Positions 27,333 through 36,032 of a stretch of DNA of 42,803 nucleotides are shown one piece after another. The notes below the pieces were generated by a model. That model did no database searches, had not been told where the DNA came from, and was given only the letters and a program-made list of their open reading frames with translations. The stretch comes from Nanobdellota archaeon. GTDB taxonomy: Archaea > Nanobdellota > Nanobdellia > Parvarchaeales > Parvarchaeaceae. The translations under genes and the position numbers were made by a program. Numbering within the stretch: the stretch's first letter is position 1; the number at the start of each line of letters is the position of its first letter. Where the stretch lies: assembly GCA_021798355.1 (NCBI GenBank), contig JAJZMG010000001.1, positions 1 through 42,803 on the forward strand, read 5' to 3'.

Positions 27333-27509
27333 ATGGTTTTTAACAAAAAAGGAATGGAGCTTGGCATTACAATTGTTGTAATTATAGTGATTGCTCTTGC
27401 ATTGTTGGTAGTTTTGTTATTCCTTTTAAAAGGAGGCATATTTACTCCCGTAAGCCATCTTATAAGCTCTTCGCCGAATACTTCCTCTATAAACAACAGT
27501 TTACCTTAA
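27333..27509 (+). CDS. Unlisted 58-aa mini pilin-like protein (class III signal peptide)
   Basis: My own translation is MVFNKKG/MELGITIVVIIVIALALLVVLLFLLKGGIFTPVSHLISSSPNTSSINNSLP*. It has a basic n-region, Gly, a roughly 25-aa hydrophobic helix, then a short tail with NTS and NNS sequons. An AT-rich TATA-like stretch lies about 25-35 nt upstream. It is antisense to the 60-aa track ORF 27314..27496, which has no features. Confidence 0.5.
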   Translation: MVFNKKGMELGITIVVIIVIALALLVVLLFLLKGGIFTPVSHLISSSPNTSSINNSLP

Positions 27510-27670
27510 TTTTTATAGTATAGAGCTAAATTCTTACCTAAATTCATATATTATGCCTTATTTTGCATCAGATAACCACCCTGCTTTACCATAAATCCTA
27601 GTTTCTAAGAAGAATTTATGATCTGTAAACAAAATTACTGTGCCTAGCTATTATGCCCTGTTAATAAAAT

Positions 27671-28111
27671 TTAACAACTTGAATAATCTAATTTATAGCC
27701 TTTGCCCGCAGTTACTTTTGTTATGTAAGGTTTTGTGGTCGAGGTGCTATTGGCACATTCTTCTCCCGCGGGTAATAGTATTGGATATGCTTCTAACGAG
27801 TAATTTCCCTTCTCAGAAACTGCGTTTATACTACTATTTATGTAAGCAGAATAATTCTGTCCATTATAATTTATTGTCCAGCTATACGCTTGGTTTTTAA
27901 AACTTCCACAATAAGAACTGCAATTATATGCTGTAAAGTTGGTTGTAAATTCTGTAGGTAAACTGTTGTTAAATCCAGAGGTAACTTTTCCTATGCCTCC
28001 CAGGTTAGTTACTATGTAACTCCTTATTGCAGAGTCAAATACGACAAGTATTATTATTGCTATTACTGCAGTTATTAATACAAATGCACTAAAATTTATT
28101 TGGCCTTTCAT
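27671..28111 (-). CDS. Archaeal type IV pilin-like protein (class III signal peptide)
   Basis: 146 aa. The N-terminus MKGQ/INFSAFVLITAVIAIIILVVF is followed by a mature domain with several N-x-S/T sequons and cysteines. It overlaps the upstream methyltransferase gene by ATGA. Confidence 0.7.
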   Translation of the reverse strand: MKGQINFSAFVLITAVIAIIILVVFDSAIRSYIVTNLGGIGKVTSGFNNSLPTEFTTNFTAYNCSSYCGSFKNQAYSWTINYNGQNYSAYINSSINAVSEKGNYSLEAYPILLPAGEECANSTSTTKPYITKVTAGKGYKLDYSSC

Positions 28112-28701
28112 ATTTGTTTTATACTATAAATAACTACAATTGGTAAGATATAATTGTTTTTTTTGTGAAAGTTCATGGTTTTTCCTAGTTTCATATTGCC
28201 TAAATATCTTAAATTTAGATTATTTTTTTCTGCAATTTTGGCTATATTACTGTTGTCCTTGTATATGAAAAATATGTTGTCCGCTATACCCTTCAATTTT
28301 TTTATAAAAGCTTCGATATTAAAATTACTTTGAAATCCAAACGGCGGGTTAGAAATCACAATATCATATCTAGTATCTATATCAAAAAGATCTAATTCGA
28401 TGGCATTAACGTTAACTATTCCAATTTTTAATATATTACTTTTTGCAGTAGCTATTGAATTTTTGTCAATGTCATACATGTCAACCAACCCCGCGCCAAA
28501 AATCGAAGCGGTTATACCCAATATCCCGTTTCCACAACCAATATCAGCTATTTTTTTATCCTTAATTGAAATTTCCGAATCTATAAAACTAATTAAGTCA
28601 TAAGCAAGGTCTATGTCTATAGAGTATTGCTCTAATTTTGTGATACTTCTGTTTGTGTTGTCAAGTTTTGATAACTCCTTATAAACTTCAATTTTTTTCA
28701 T
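28108..28701 (-). CDS. SAM-dependent N6-adenine-type methyltransferase (NPPF motif; COG2263/METTL5-like putative RNA methylase)
   Basis: 197 aa with SAM motif I IADIGCGNGILG, the acidic loop MYDID and catalytic VISNPPFG. Confidence 0.65.
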   Translation of the reverse strand: MKKIEVYKELSKLDNTNRSITKLEQYSIDIDLAYDLISFIDSEISIKDKKIADIGCGNGILGITASIFGAGLVDMYDIDKNSIATAKSNILKIGIVNVNAIELDLFDIDTRYDIVISNPPFGFQSNFNIEAFIKKLKGIADNIFFIYKDNSNIAKIAEKNNLNLRYLGNMKLGKTMNFHKKNNYILPIVVIYSIKQI

Positions 28702-30511
28702 TTTTAATTATCTCAGATGCAATTTTATAGGCTTCTTTTGCTTCAAAAGTATTGCCCACCCTGTCTTTTAGATTTACTATAAGAGAATCTATCCTCATAC
28801 CATCGTTATCCTTTACTAATTTTTCAATTTCTTTTTTCAATTCTTTATTGGTTTTTTTTACAAGGTTTCTTTCTTGGATTATTTCCTCAACGTTTTTACC
28901 AGTCAAAGCGATATTTTCCATTATTATCCTTGCCGAATCTCTGACTATTCGGTTGTTTTTTATCTGTTTTAATATTTCCTCTATACTTTGTAGGTCTATT
29001 TCCTTTCCAAATTTTCTTTTTATATATTTCCAATCTTCAATTGCAATTTGAAGTATTACGTTAAACTCTAAACCGGTTTTCTTGTTTAAGTACATTGCTT
29101 CATTAAGCCTTCTAGATGAAATAAGCTGATCTAAAAATTCATCCGAGACATTTAGAGCCGTTTTTAATGATTCAACGCTCATTCCGATATAGCTTTTTCC
29201 TTTCTCCAAAATAGCTTTATTTATTTGTAGCACTGGCAGATCTGTTTCAACATACATTCTATCCTTCCCCCCCATAGGCCTTAAAAACTTAGTGGTGTTG
29301 TCTTCTTGAACCAATCTTACTTCAGAGGGTACATCTTTGAGAAGTGAGGTAATTCTCTCTTTAATGACATTCATGGTAACGTTTTCATGGCCTTTGTCAC
29401 ATATTGAAAATAAAAATGAGTCGTTTTCATCACAAGCCAATAGCTTGCTTATACTTTTCTTTTCATTTTCGCTTATTCCATACGCAGGTAGTTCATCAGA
29501 ATGTATTATCCCGTAACCCAGTTTGATTTTCAAGTAGTCACTAATCTCTCCCCCAAATCTTTTATTCTCGCATAGATAGGTACCCAAAATCCCTTTTAAT
29601 CCACCCATCCTTATCCCAATTATACTTTTTTCGTTTTTTATTGCAGTTTTTATTAAGTTTGATTCTGTGTTGCTTAATGTCGATTTTATATCTTTCCAAT
29701 CCCAATTTGCAATTTCATTAGCAAGGTATCCTTTATCCTTTTTTATTTTTATCAGAGTCTCTTGTCGCTTAGCTTCATTTAATATTACCTTATCCATCTC
29801 CCTTATATTTTGGAAGCCCTTTAATTCTACCCGTTTTCCCCCTTCGATTGAAAGATTTACGTCTTGTCTTATGGTGCCAATCCCTCTCTTTACATTGAAT
29901 AATCTTGTAAACTTCCCAAATTGCATCGCTATCTCTTTTGCTTCATTTTCATCTGTATCTATAACCCCTGTAGCAATTTCTATTAAGGGTATACCTATCC
30001 TATCCAGAAAATAGACCGTTTCATCCTTATTTTCTGTTTCTTTTCTCGCAGAATCTTCTTCTATAGAGATGGTATCAATTTTTATTTTTTTATCCTTAAA
30101 CTTAAATTCACCATTTACAGCTAATACCGCCGTTCTCTGAAAACCCGTAGTATTAGATCCATCAACTATCGTTTTTCTCATGAATACAAGGTTATTTAGA
30201 ATGTAAGTGCTTAATGCATAGGATATATTAACGCCAGTTGAGAGAGCTTCTTTGTCTATTTCATGAGGCGGTTCTTCGTCTATGTCTACAAGGCAATCTG
30301 TATCATTAAATAGCTTATACCGTATTCTTTTTGTTTTCTGGCCTTCAAATTCCGCGCTTACATCTATTTTGCCGCTTTCACCAAATGAAGGTTTTATTAT
30401 TCTTTCTATTTCTACATAACCTTTGTTTTCCTTTATTTCTGAGCTGCACCTACAAAAAAGCTTGCCGGAATCTATTTGTACATGCCATTCAAAACCGCAT
30501 TTTATTTTCAT
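28688..30511 (-). CDS. gatE: Glutamyl-tRNA(Gln) amidotransferase subunit E
   Basis: 607 aa with the GatE N-terminus (KCGFEWHVQIDSGKLFCRC), a GatB/E catalytic core and a C-terminal YqeY-like tail. It overlaps gatD by ATGA. Confidence 0.92.
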   Translation of the reverse strand: MKIKCGFEWHVQIDSGKLFCRCSSEIKENKGYVEIERIIKPSFGESGKIDVSAEFEGQKTKRIRYKLFNDTDCLVDIDEEPPHEIDKEALSTGVNISYALSTYILNNLVFMRKTIVDGSNTTGFQRTAVLAVNGEFKFKDKKIKIDTISIEEDSARKETENKDETVYFLDRIGIPLIEIATGVIDTDENEAKEIAMQFGKFTRLFNVKRGIGTIRQDVNLSIEGGKRVELKGFQNIREMDKVILNEAKRQETLIKIKKDKGYLANEIANWDWKDIKSTLSNTESNLIKTAIKNEKSIIGIRMGGLKGILGTYLCENKRFGGEISDYLKIKLGYGIIHSDELPAYGISENEKKSISKLLACDENDSFLFSICDKGHENVTMNVIKERITSLLKDVPSEVRLVQEDNTTKFLRPMGGKDRMYVETDLPVLQINKAILEKGKSYIGMSVESLKTALNVSDEFLDQLISSRRLNEAMYLNKKTGLEFNVILQIAIEDWKYIKRKFGKEIDLQSIEEILKQIKNNRIVRDSARIIMENIALTGKNVEEIIQERNLVKKTNKELKKEIEKLVKDNDGMRIDSLIVNLKDRVGNTFEAKEAYKIASEIIKNEKN

Positions 30512-31803
30512 ATTAAAAACTCATTTATCTTACTCCTTTCCTTTATCTCTCCTGCTAAGTTCATCGACATTATATTTTTAATTTCATCTAATTTTTTAGA
30601 ATTTCCAAGCGCAAACATAAGTTTTACAAATGCAGTTTCTGTTGTCATATCCCCTACATATACAATGTTGCTAAATTTTGAAATTTCACGTAAAGTGCTG
30701 TACACAAATTTATTTGTGGAGCCATAAATAGTCTGGGAGGTTATAATTATCGGTATATCTTCTTTTTCAGCTTTTTTCAATGCATTTATAATTGTTTTAT
30801 CCTCTAGCGGAAGATTACCAAAACCGGTAGCAGCAATTACAAGTCCATGAACTTTACTGTCAATGTAATAATCTATTATGTCCCCTCCCATAGAAGGGTA
30901 GCTATATATCAATTTTACTTTATCATCAATCTTACTGTTAAATCTAGTATCCTCTTTTCTCGGTATTATATTATCAGATACTTCATTAATTTCCCCTGTA
31001 GTATGTACTTTAGCAAGAGGTTCAATATTTATTGGCCTAAATGCATCTCTTCTCTCCGTATGCATTTTCCTTGCCTTGTTCCCCCTTAGTACGTAGTTGT
31101 ATCCATCATTTAAGTTAGCATGCATGCATATTACGGATTCGCCCCCAGGAAAATTCTTTGCAGTGAAAGCAGATAAAAGAAGATTCGTAGAGGCATCTGT
31201 AGAACCTCTATCTGTACTTCTTTGCGACCCTGTAAAAACTATTGGCGTAGATAATGGGTTTAAAAGAAAAGAAAGTGCTGAAGATGCAAAATGCATAGTA
31301 TCTGTACCGCTAGTTATTATTATCCCCCTGCTGCCTTTATTTATGGAGCTATACGCTTCTTTTGCAATTTTTACCCAGTCAGAAGGTAACATGTTTTCGG
31401 AAAGTTTTTTCATTAAATTTACTATCGAGATTTTTCCTTGTTTATCTAAGTTAGGAGAAATCTTAAAGTAATATTCACTGTCTACCGAAGGAGAAACTCC
31501 TCCTGTCTTATAATCGATTTTAGAAGATATTGTCCCGCCAGTGGTTATTATGGTTATGTCTGGGTTTTCAACCGTTTTTTTATTTTCTTTTTGTTCCTTC
31601 TCTACTTTCTTACCTTTCTCTATAATTTTTATATTATCAATAGAGCCCTTTGGGATTGCAATGTCATAGCCAGATTTAAGTTTTATTACTGCAAGGTCTT
31701 TTTCTTCTTTTATGAACTCTCCATTAAAAATTTGATCCTTTATTTTTATTTCTATCAAATCCCCAAATGAGAGATTATTCATTTCTATTTTTTTAATAGC
31801 CAT
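30508..31803 (-). CDS. gatD: Glutamyl-tRNA(Gln) amidotransferase subunit D (asparaginase-like)
   Basis: 431 aa with a small N-terminal beta domain, then the asparaginase signature ITTGGTISSKIDYKTGGV and GIIITSGTDTM. Confidence 0.92.
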   Translation of the reverse strand: MAIKKIEMNNLSFGDLIEIKIKDQIFNGEFIKEEKDLAVIKLKSGYDIAIPKGSIDNIKIIEKGKKVEKEQKENKKTVENPDITIITTGGTISSKIDYKTGGVSPSVDSEYYFKISPNLDKQGKISIVNLMKKLSENMLPSDWVKIAKEAYSSINKGSRGIIITSGTDTMHFASSALSFLLNPLSTPIVFTGSQRSTDRGSTDASTNLLLSAFTAKNFPGGESVICMHANLNDGYNYVLRGNKARKMHTERRDAFRPINIEPLAKVHTTGEINEVSDNIIPRKEDTRFNSKIDDKVKLIYSYPSMGGDIIDYYIDSKVHGLVIAATGFGNLPLEDKTIINALKKAEKEDIPIIITSQTIYGSTNKFVYSTLREISKFSNIVYVGDMTTETAFVKLMFALGNSKKLDEIKNIMSMNLAGEIKERSKINEFLI

Positions 31804-31952
31804 TATAATATTTGCTGCTATAATGTTTTAACTCTTTTCATTTGCATTTTTACAGCTTTATTTGGATTAATAAGAATATAGATGTGTATACTCTATGACA
31901 ACAATCTTTTTAAATGAGTAAAAGTTATTATTGTTATTTAAATAAATAGAAT

Positions 31953-31982
31953 AAATTTGAATGTTGGGGAACATTCAAATTT
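31953..31982. repeat. Perfect 13-bp inverted repeat with GGGG spacer (AAATTTGAATGTT-GGGG-AACATTCAAATTT) in the gatD/ftsZ divergent intergenic region
   Basis: Verified base by base. The arms are 31953-31965 and 31970-31982. It lies about 100 nt upstream of the preferred ftsZ ATG. Confidence 0.8.
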
Positions 31983-32082
31983 TAATCGTAACGTTGTAAG
32001 TTTTGGGGTCACTTACTTGTTTTTCTTAATAAAATATAGGCACATTGGGAATATAAAGCTTTCGCTTTTTGTTTCCAATGCA

Positions 32083-33180
32083 ATGGAGGGGAAAATGGTA
32101 ATGGATTTGCTTGTTGAAAGCGCATTAAAAGCCAGTAGAGAAGGAGGTATGAATGAACCTTTATTCAACCAGGCTTTAATAAAAGTTGTAGGAGTCGGCG
32201 GCGGCGGAAATAATATGGGCAATTGGCTCTTTAAAAAAGGAGTCAAAGGCGCAGAAGTAATTCTCGCTAATACAGATCAAATACAGTTAAATGCAAGGAA
32301 CGGAGATAAGAAAATTCTTATAGGGAAGGAGTTAACTAAAGGATTGGGTGCAGGCGGCTTTCCTGAAAAAGGAAAAATGGCAGCAGAAGAATCTTCTAGG
32401 GAACTTAAAGAATCTTTGAGAGGTGCAGACCTTGTTTTCGTATGCGCAGGTTTGGGCGGTGGGACAGGCACGGGTGCAGCGCCTGTAATTTCAAAACTCG
32501 CAAAGGACATGGGGGCTATTGTTATAAGTACTGTAACAATGCCATTTAAAACTGAAAGGAAAAGGGTAGAATCTGCAGAGGCAGGTTTAGAGGAACTAAG
32601 AAACAGTTCTGACACTGTTATTGTAATAGACAATAACAGACTTGTAAGCATGGCAGGTAATCTTCCAATAGACCAAGCATTCAATGTGGCAAATGAGGTA
32701 GTTGCAACGATGATAAAAGGAATAGTTGAAACAATCTCTGATGCAAGTGCATTAGTACACCTTGATTTTGCAGACATTAAAGCCATAATGAACAAAGGAG
32801 GAGTATCTGTAATCGGTATAGGAGAGACAGATGCCTCAGATTCAAGGGTAACTGAGGTTGTAAGAAGAGCTCTTAACAATCCACTTTTGGATGTAAGTTA
32901 TAAAGGTGCAAAGGGCGCTCTTATACACATTTCAGGAGGGCCTGACTTAACTCTTGCAGAAGTAAATCAGATCGGAGAGATGGCAACTCAATCTTTAGAT
33001 CCGGATGCAGTCGTTATCTGGGGTGCAAAGGTAGATGAAGCTCTTTCTGGAAAACTAAGGGTCATGACAATAATAACAGGAGTAAGTTCTCCATATTTAT
33101 TGGGACCTGAAGAGATAAACACTCTTTCCAAAACTACTGGTGCTATAAACCAGGAGCTAGGAATAGAGATACTTAAGTAA
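32083..33180 (+). CDS. ftsZ: Cell division protein FtsZ
   Basis: It has VVGVGGGGNN and the tubulin signature GLGGGTGTGAAPV. I prefer the ATG at 32083 (MEGKMVMDLL...). The track's TTG at 31957 adds 42 non-FtsZ residues and starts inside the inverted repeat. Confidence 0.93.
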   Translation: MEGKMVMDLLVESALKASREGGMNEPLFNQALIKVVGVGGGGNNMGNWLFKKGVKGAEVILANTDQIQLNARNGDKKILIGKELTKGLGAGGFPEKGKMAAEESSRELKESLRGADLVFVCAGLGGGTGTGAAPVISKLAKDMGAIVISTVTMPFKTERKRVESAEAGLEELRNSSDTVIVIDNNRLVSMAGNLPIDQAFNVANEVVATMIKGIVETISDASALVHLDFADIKAIMNKGGVSVIGIGETDASDSRVTEVVRRALNNPLLDVSYKGAKGALIHISGGPDLTLAEVNQIGEMATQSLDPDAVVIWGAKVDEALSGKLRVMTIITGVSSPYLLGPEEINTLSKTTGAINQELGIEILK

Positions 33181-33188
33181 ATTAGTTT

Positions 33189-33204
33189 GGCCCCAATTGG
33201 GGCC
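33189..33204 (+). terminator. GC-rich palindrome GGCCCCAATTGGGGCC just after the ftsZ stop
   Basis: This is a perfect 16-bp palindrome (6-bp G/C stem, AATT loop) 9 nt after the stop, followed by T-rich sequence. It stands out in an AT-rich genome. Confidence 0.45.
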
Positions 33205-33238
33205 CTTATATTTATCAAAATTTCCTCAAAAAAATAAA

Positions 33239-33258
33239 CGGGGGGTTAAAACCCCTCG
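33239..33258 (-). terminator. Hairpin plus T-tract downstream of the PadR-like gene
   Basis: On the minus strand the sequence CGAGGGG-TTTTAA-CCCCCCG is followed by TTTATTTTTTTT. The stem has one mismatch on this strand. Confidence 0.45.
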
Positions 33259-33263
33259 TCCCC

Positions 33264-33557
33264 CTATTTTTTAATTTCTGAATATAATCTTTCAAAGTAT
33301 GCTAAAGCTTTTTTCTCTTCCAAACTGCCTTTTTTGGTGATTGAATATACCTTCCTTTTTCCGTTTTTCTTCCCAGTTATGAATCCACTGTTAGATAATC
33401 TTTTAAGTGCAGGATAAATTGTGCTGGCAACTGGTTTTTTTCCGCGGTATTTCTCTATATTTTTAGCTATTTCTTCACCACATAGGTTTTTTTTCTTTAG
33501 CATGCTTAGTATCTGAAATGAAAGCATACCGCGCATGTCGCAACCATTTTTTGCCAT
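33264..33557 (-). CDS. PadR-family winged-helix transcriptional regulator
   Basis: 97 aa. SFQILSMLKKKNLCGEEIAKNIEKY.....VASTIYPALKRLSNSGFI.........KVYSITKKG matches the PadR pattern. Confidence 0.8.
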   Translation of the reverse strand: MAKNGCDMRGMLSFQILSMLKKKNLCGEEIAKNIEKYRGKKPVASTIYPALKRLSNSGFITGKKNGKRKVYSITKKGSLEEKKALAYFERLYSEIKK

Positions 33558-33666
33558 ATTTTATTATGAAGTTATTAGTTTTATATAGTTTATTACGTTT
33601 AAATCTTCAAAGTATTAAAATAAAGTAAATGTTAAAGATTATAACGTAATGTTGTTATAGATTAAA

Positions 33667-34197
33667 ATGGGAAAGATAGTTTATAACTCTCCATTCAATA
33701 CACTAAGAGTAGAAGAGGATTATTCAACTGTAAAAGGCAAAAAATTAAAGGATTTTAGGATACTTAAAAATGACGCTGTAGTTATACTCCCTTTTTTGGA
33801 TAATAGAACCTTAATTATCGAAAAGCAATTTCGTTTTGCTGTAAATCGAAAATTATTTGAATTACCCGCAGGCTCCATAGAAAAAGGGGAGAAAAGAGAG
33901 GCAGCAGTTAAAAGAGAATTAGCAGAAGAAACCGGTTATTACCCTAAAAAAGTCAAATTTATGTTTAAAACCTGGAGTAATCCTGCGTTGATGAATTACT
34001 CAGAATATTATTATATTGCCTGGGATTTAGTAAAAACCACAAGAAATCTAGATGAAAATGAAGTTATAACTCCTATAAAAATAAAATTAAACGATGTAAT
34101 CAAGATGGTTTATAACGGTAAAATAAAAGATACAAAAACTATACTTGCTTTAATGTTTTATATAAATATGAATAAAAATAGTAAAACAAAAACATAA
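33667..34197 (+). CDS. NUDIX hydrolase (ADP-ribose pyrophosphatase-like)
   Basis: 176 aa with the Nudix box GSIEKGEKREAAVKRELAEETGY (Gx5Ex7REUxEExGU). Confidence 0.85.
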   Translation: MGKIVYNSPFNTLRVEEDYSTVKGKKLKDFRILKNDAVVILPFLDNRTLIIEKQFRFAVNRKLFELPAGSIEKGEKREAAVKRELAEETGYYPKKVKFMFKTWSNPALMNYSEYYYIAWDLVKTTRNLDENEVITPIKIKLNDVIKMVYNGKIKDTKTILALMFYINMNKNSKTKT

Positions 34198-34198
34198 A

Positions 34199-34822
34199 AT
34201 GGAAGAAAAGTTTGTTTCGTTGCACTGCTTCAGGATTAATTTAATTACTGGTAAAATTAACAGAAAAGAATTAATTAACCAAATAAGCGCGCTTGCGGAT
34301 AAGAACTCAACTCATAGGATGTTTACCTGCAGGCCATATTTTTCAATAAAATACAATGCAGATTTAATACTTTTCAACATAGCAGATTCTTATGAAACTC
34401 TTTTATCCTTTAAAGAAGCTCTAGTTGAGCTTTTTTCCAATGTACTAATTGAAACTTATAGTTACTTTTCAGTTTATGAGCATCCTAACGCCAATTATCT
34501 GAAAGAAGATAATAAATTAAAATACTTAGTAGCATATCCGGTAAAAAAAGATCCTAACTGGTACTTGCTTAAAGAAAGTGAACAAAACAGAATTACAAAA
34601 GACCATGTAAATCTAGCTGTAAATGATCCAGATAATAAAAATATTCGGTCTTATACAACATACTCTTTCGCTATTGATGATTTTGAATTCTTAGTTTTAT
34701 ATGAAGTAGATTCGCTTATTAACTGGATGAAAGTAGCGAGAAATCTCAGAAAAGCTGAAGCAAGAAAGTGGATAGTTATTGAAAGCCCAGTTTTTGTTGG
34801 CAGAAAGGCAACAATTATTTAA
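34199..34822 (+). CDS. Chlorite dismutase/HemQ (coproheme decarboxylase)-family protein
   Basis: 207 aa. The C-terminal blocks KDHVNLAV, YSFAIDDFEFLVLYE, LRKAEARKW and PVFVGR match the Cld-family pattern. It is somewhat shorter than typical two-domain members. Confidence 0.65.
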   Translation: MEEKFVSLHCFRINLITGKINRKELINQISALADKNSTHRMFTCRPYFSIKYNADLILFNIADSYETLLSFKEALVELFSNVLIETYSYFSVYEHPNANYLKEDNKLKYLVAYPVKKDPNWYLLKESEQNRITKDHVNLAVNDPDNKNIRSYTTYSFAIDDFEFLVLYEVDSLINWMKVARNLRKAEARKWIVIESPVFVGRKATII

Positions 34823-35142
34823 TTTTCTTCTTTTACTTCATTGAATATTCGGTGGTAAGGCCTGCCTTCTATTATCCCTTTTCCGTACTCAGTCGTTTCA
34901 TGAAAAGCTTTAGCAGTAGTAAATTCCCTAAATGAATTTGCGTCCTTCCACTCACTGTATATCATGTACTCGGAGGTATTACCTTCATTTCCCACCTTTT
35001 TGTATATGCTTGCCTTTTCAAAACCTTTTACGTTGCTTTTGAGGTAATCAACTACCTTGCCAAAGGTATTTTCAAATTCCTGCTCATGCCCTTTTTTAAC
35101 ATTATAATACATGCCTACGTTTATCATATTACGATTTATCAA
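34819..35142 (-). CDS. Antibiotic biosynthesis monooxygenase (ABM) domain protein
   Basis: 107 aa with a ferredoxin-like ABM pattern (INVGMYYNVKKGHEQEFE......YMIYSEWKDANSFREF). Confidence 0.7.
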   Translation of the reverse strand: MINRNMINVGMYYNVKKGHEQEFENTFGKVVDYLKSNVKGFEKASIYKKVGNEGNTSEYMIYSEWKDANSFREFTTAKAFHETTEYGKGIIEGRPYHRIFNEVKEEN

Positions 35143-35283
35143 TTAACGTATATTAAGATTTGTATTTACAAATTATGTAACTTATATGGCTATTTACAAA
35201 CCTAATACACTCCCATAAAGAACAAAAAGCCCAATTTAAAGGCATAGGCTAAACTTATTATAATCTTATTATATAACATAAGT

Positions 35284-35748
35284 ATGCAATCTTTTATAAA
35301 AGGGGTCATACCAAATGTTTCATACGCTGCTAAAAGTAGTAAAATTCTTTATATGTTCTTTAGTTCATCCGCATTGTTCTTAGTAGCTGATTCAAAGGTG
35401 GATGATATTCTATCCGAATCTCCAGTAGGGATGTGGCCTGCGAGCGGCGCAGTTATAGATGCCAATCCTCCATCAGATATTCTGTCAAATTTTAAAGACC
35501 AGCAAGAGGAAAATTATTCTGGGAATTTGGATTCCAGTCATTTAAGGGAATTGTGCGATATTACAATAAGTTACCTAGAAATAAACAGTATACGATTAAG
35601 TTCAGACAAAAGTAATTTCATAAAAATTGAAATTAAAACAAGCAAAGAAACACTAGAGTTTATAACAGACTATATAGATCTTGCTCTTCTAAATGAATAC
35701 AAAAGTATGCTATCTGCATTGTTTGGAAATAAATTTTCGTTTGTTTGA
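35284..35748 (+). CDS. Hypothetical protein
   Basis: 154 aa, acidic, with no recognisable motif. Confidence 0.35.
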   Translation: MQSFIKGVIPNVSYAAKSSKILYMFFSSSALFLVADSKVDDILSESPVGMWPASGAVIDANPPSDILSNFKDQQEENYSGNLDSSHLRELCDITISYLEINSIRLSSDKSNFIKIEIKTSKETLEFITDYIDLALLNEYKSMLSALFGNKFSFV

Positions 35749-36024
35749 TCAATCCAGTCTTTTTATTATATGATAGCCAAATTGAGTTTTAATCGGTTGC
35801 GATACTTCTCCCTTAGCCAAAGAGAAAGCGGCTTTTTCAAATTCCTTTACCATAACTCCCCTTCCAAAATAACCTAAATCACCGCCTCTTCTTCTTGAGC
35901 TGTCAATAGAAAACTGTTCTGCCAGCTTTGAAAAGCTTTCTCCTTTGTTTATTCTTTCAAGTATGCTATATGCAATAGACTGCTTTTCTACCAATATATG
36001 TGCGCATTTTATCTTATCTACCAT
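35749..36024 (-). CDS. Parvulin-type peptidyl-prolyl cis-trans isomerase (PpiC)
   Basis: 91 aa with CAHILV...FSKLAEQFS.D.SSRRRGGDLGYFGRG.MVKEFE.AAF.L..GEVS.PIKTQFGYHIIK, the full parvulin signature. Confidence 0.9.
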   Translation of the reverse strand: MVDKIKCAHILVEKQSIAYSILERINKGESFSKLAEQFSIDSSRRRGGDLGYFGRGVMVKEFEKAAFSLAKGEVSQPIKTQFGYHIIKRLD

Positions 36025-36032
36025 TTTAATAG

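Noticed and set aside
27314-27496. 60-aa minus-strand ORF in the thrS/pilin intergenic region
   Set aside because: It has no motif or promoter logic. The opposite strand encodes a far more protein-like class III signal-peptide ORF (27333..27509).
31957-32082. TTG-initiated 42-aa N-terminal extension of FtsZ given in the ORF track
   Set aside because: The extension has no FtsZ-like sequence and begins inside the 13-bp inverted repeat. TATA-like elements lie downstream of it. The ATG at 32083 gives a normal FtsZ N-terminus.
32277-32879. 200-aa ORF antisense to ftsZ
   Set aside because: It is a shadow ORF of a highly conserved gene. The Ala/Ser/Thr/Leu-rich translation mirrors the Gly/Ala-rich FtsZ coding strand.
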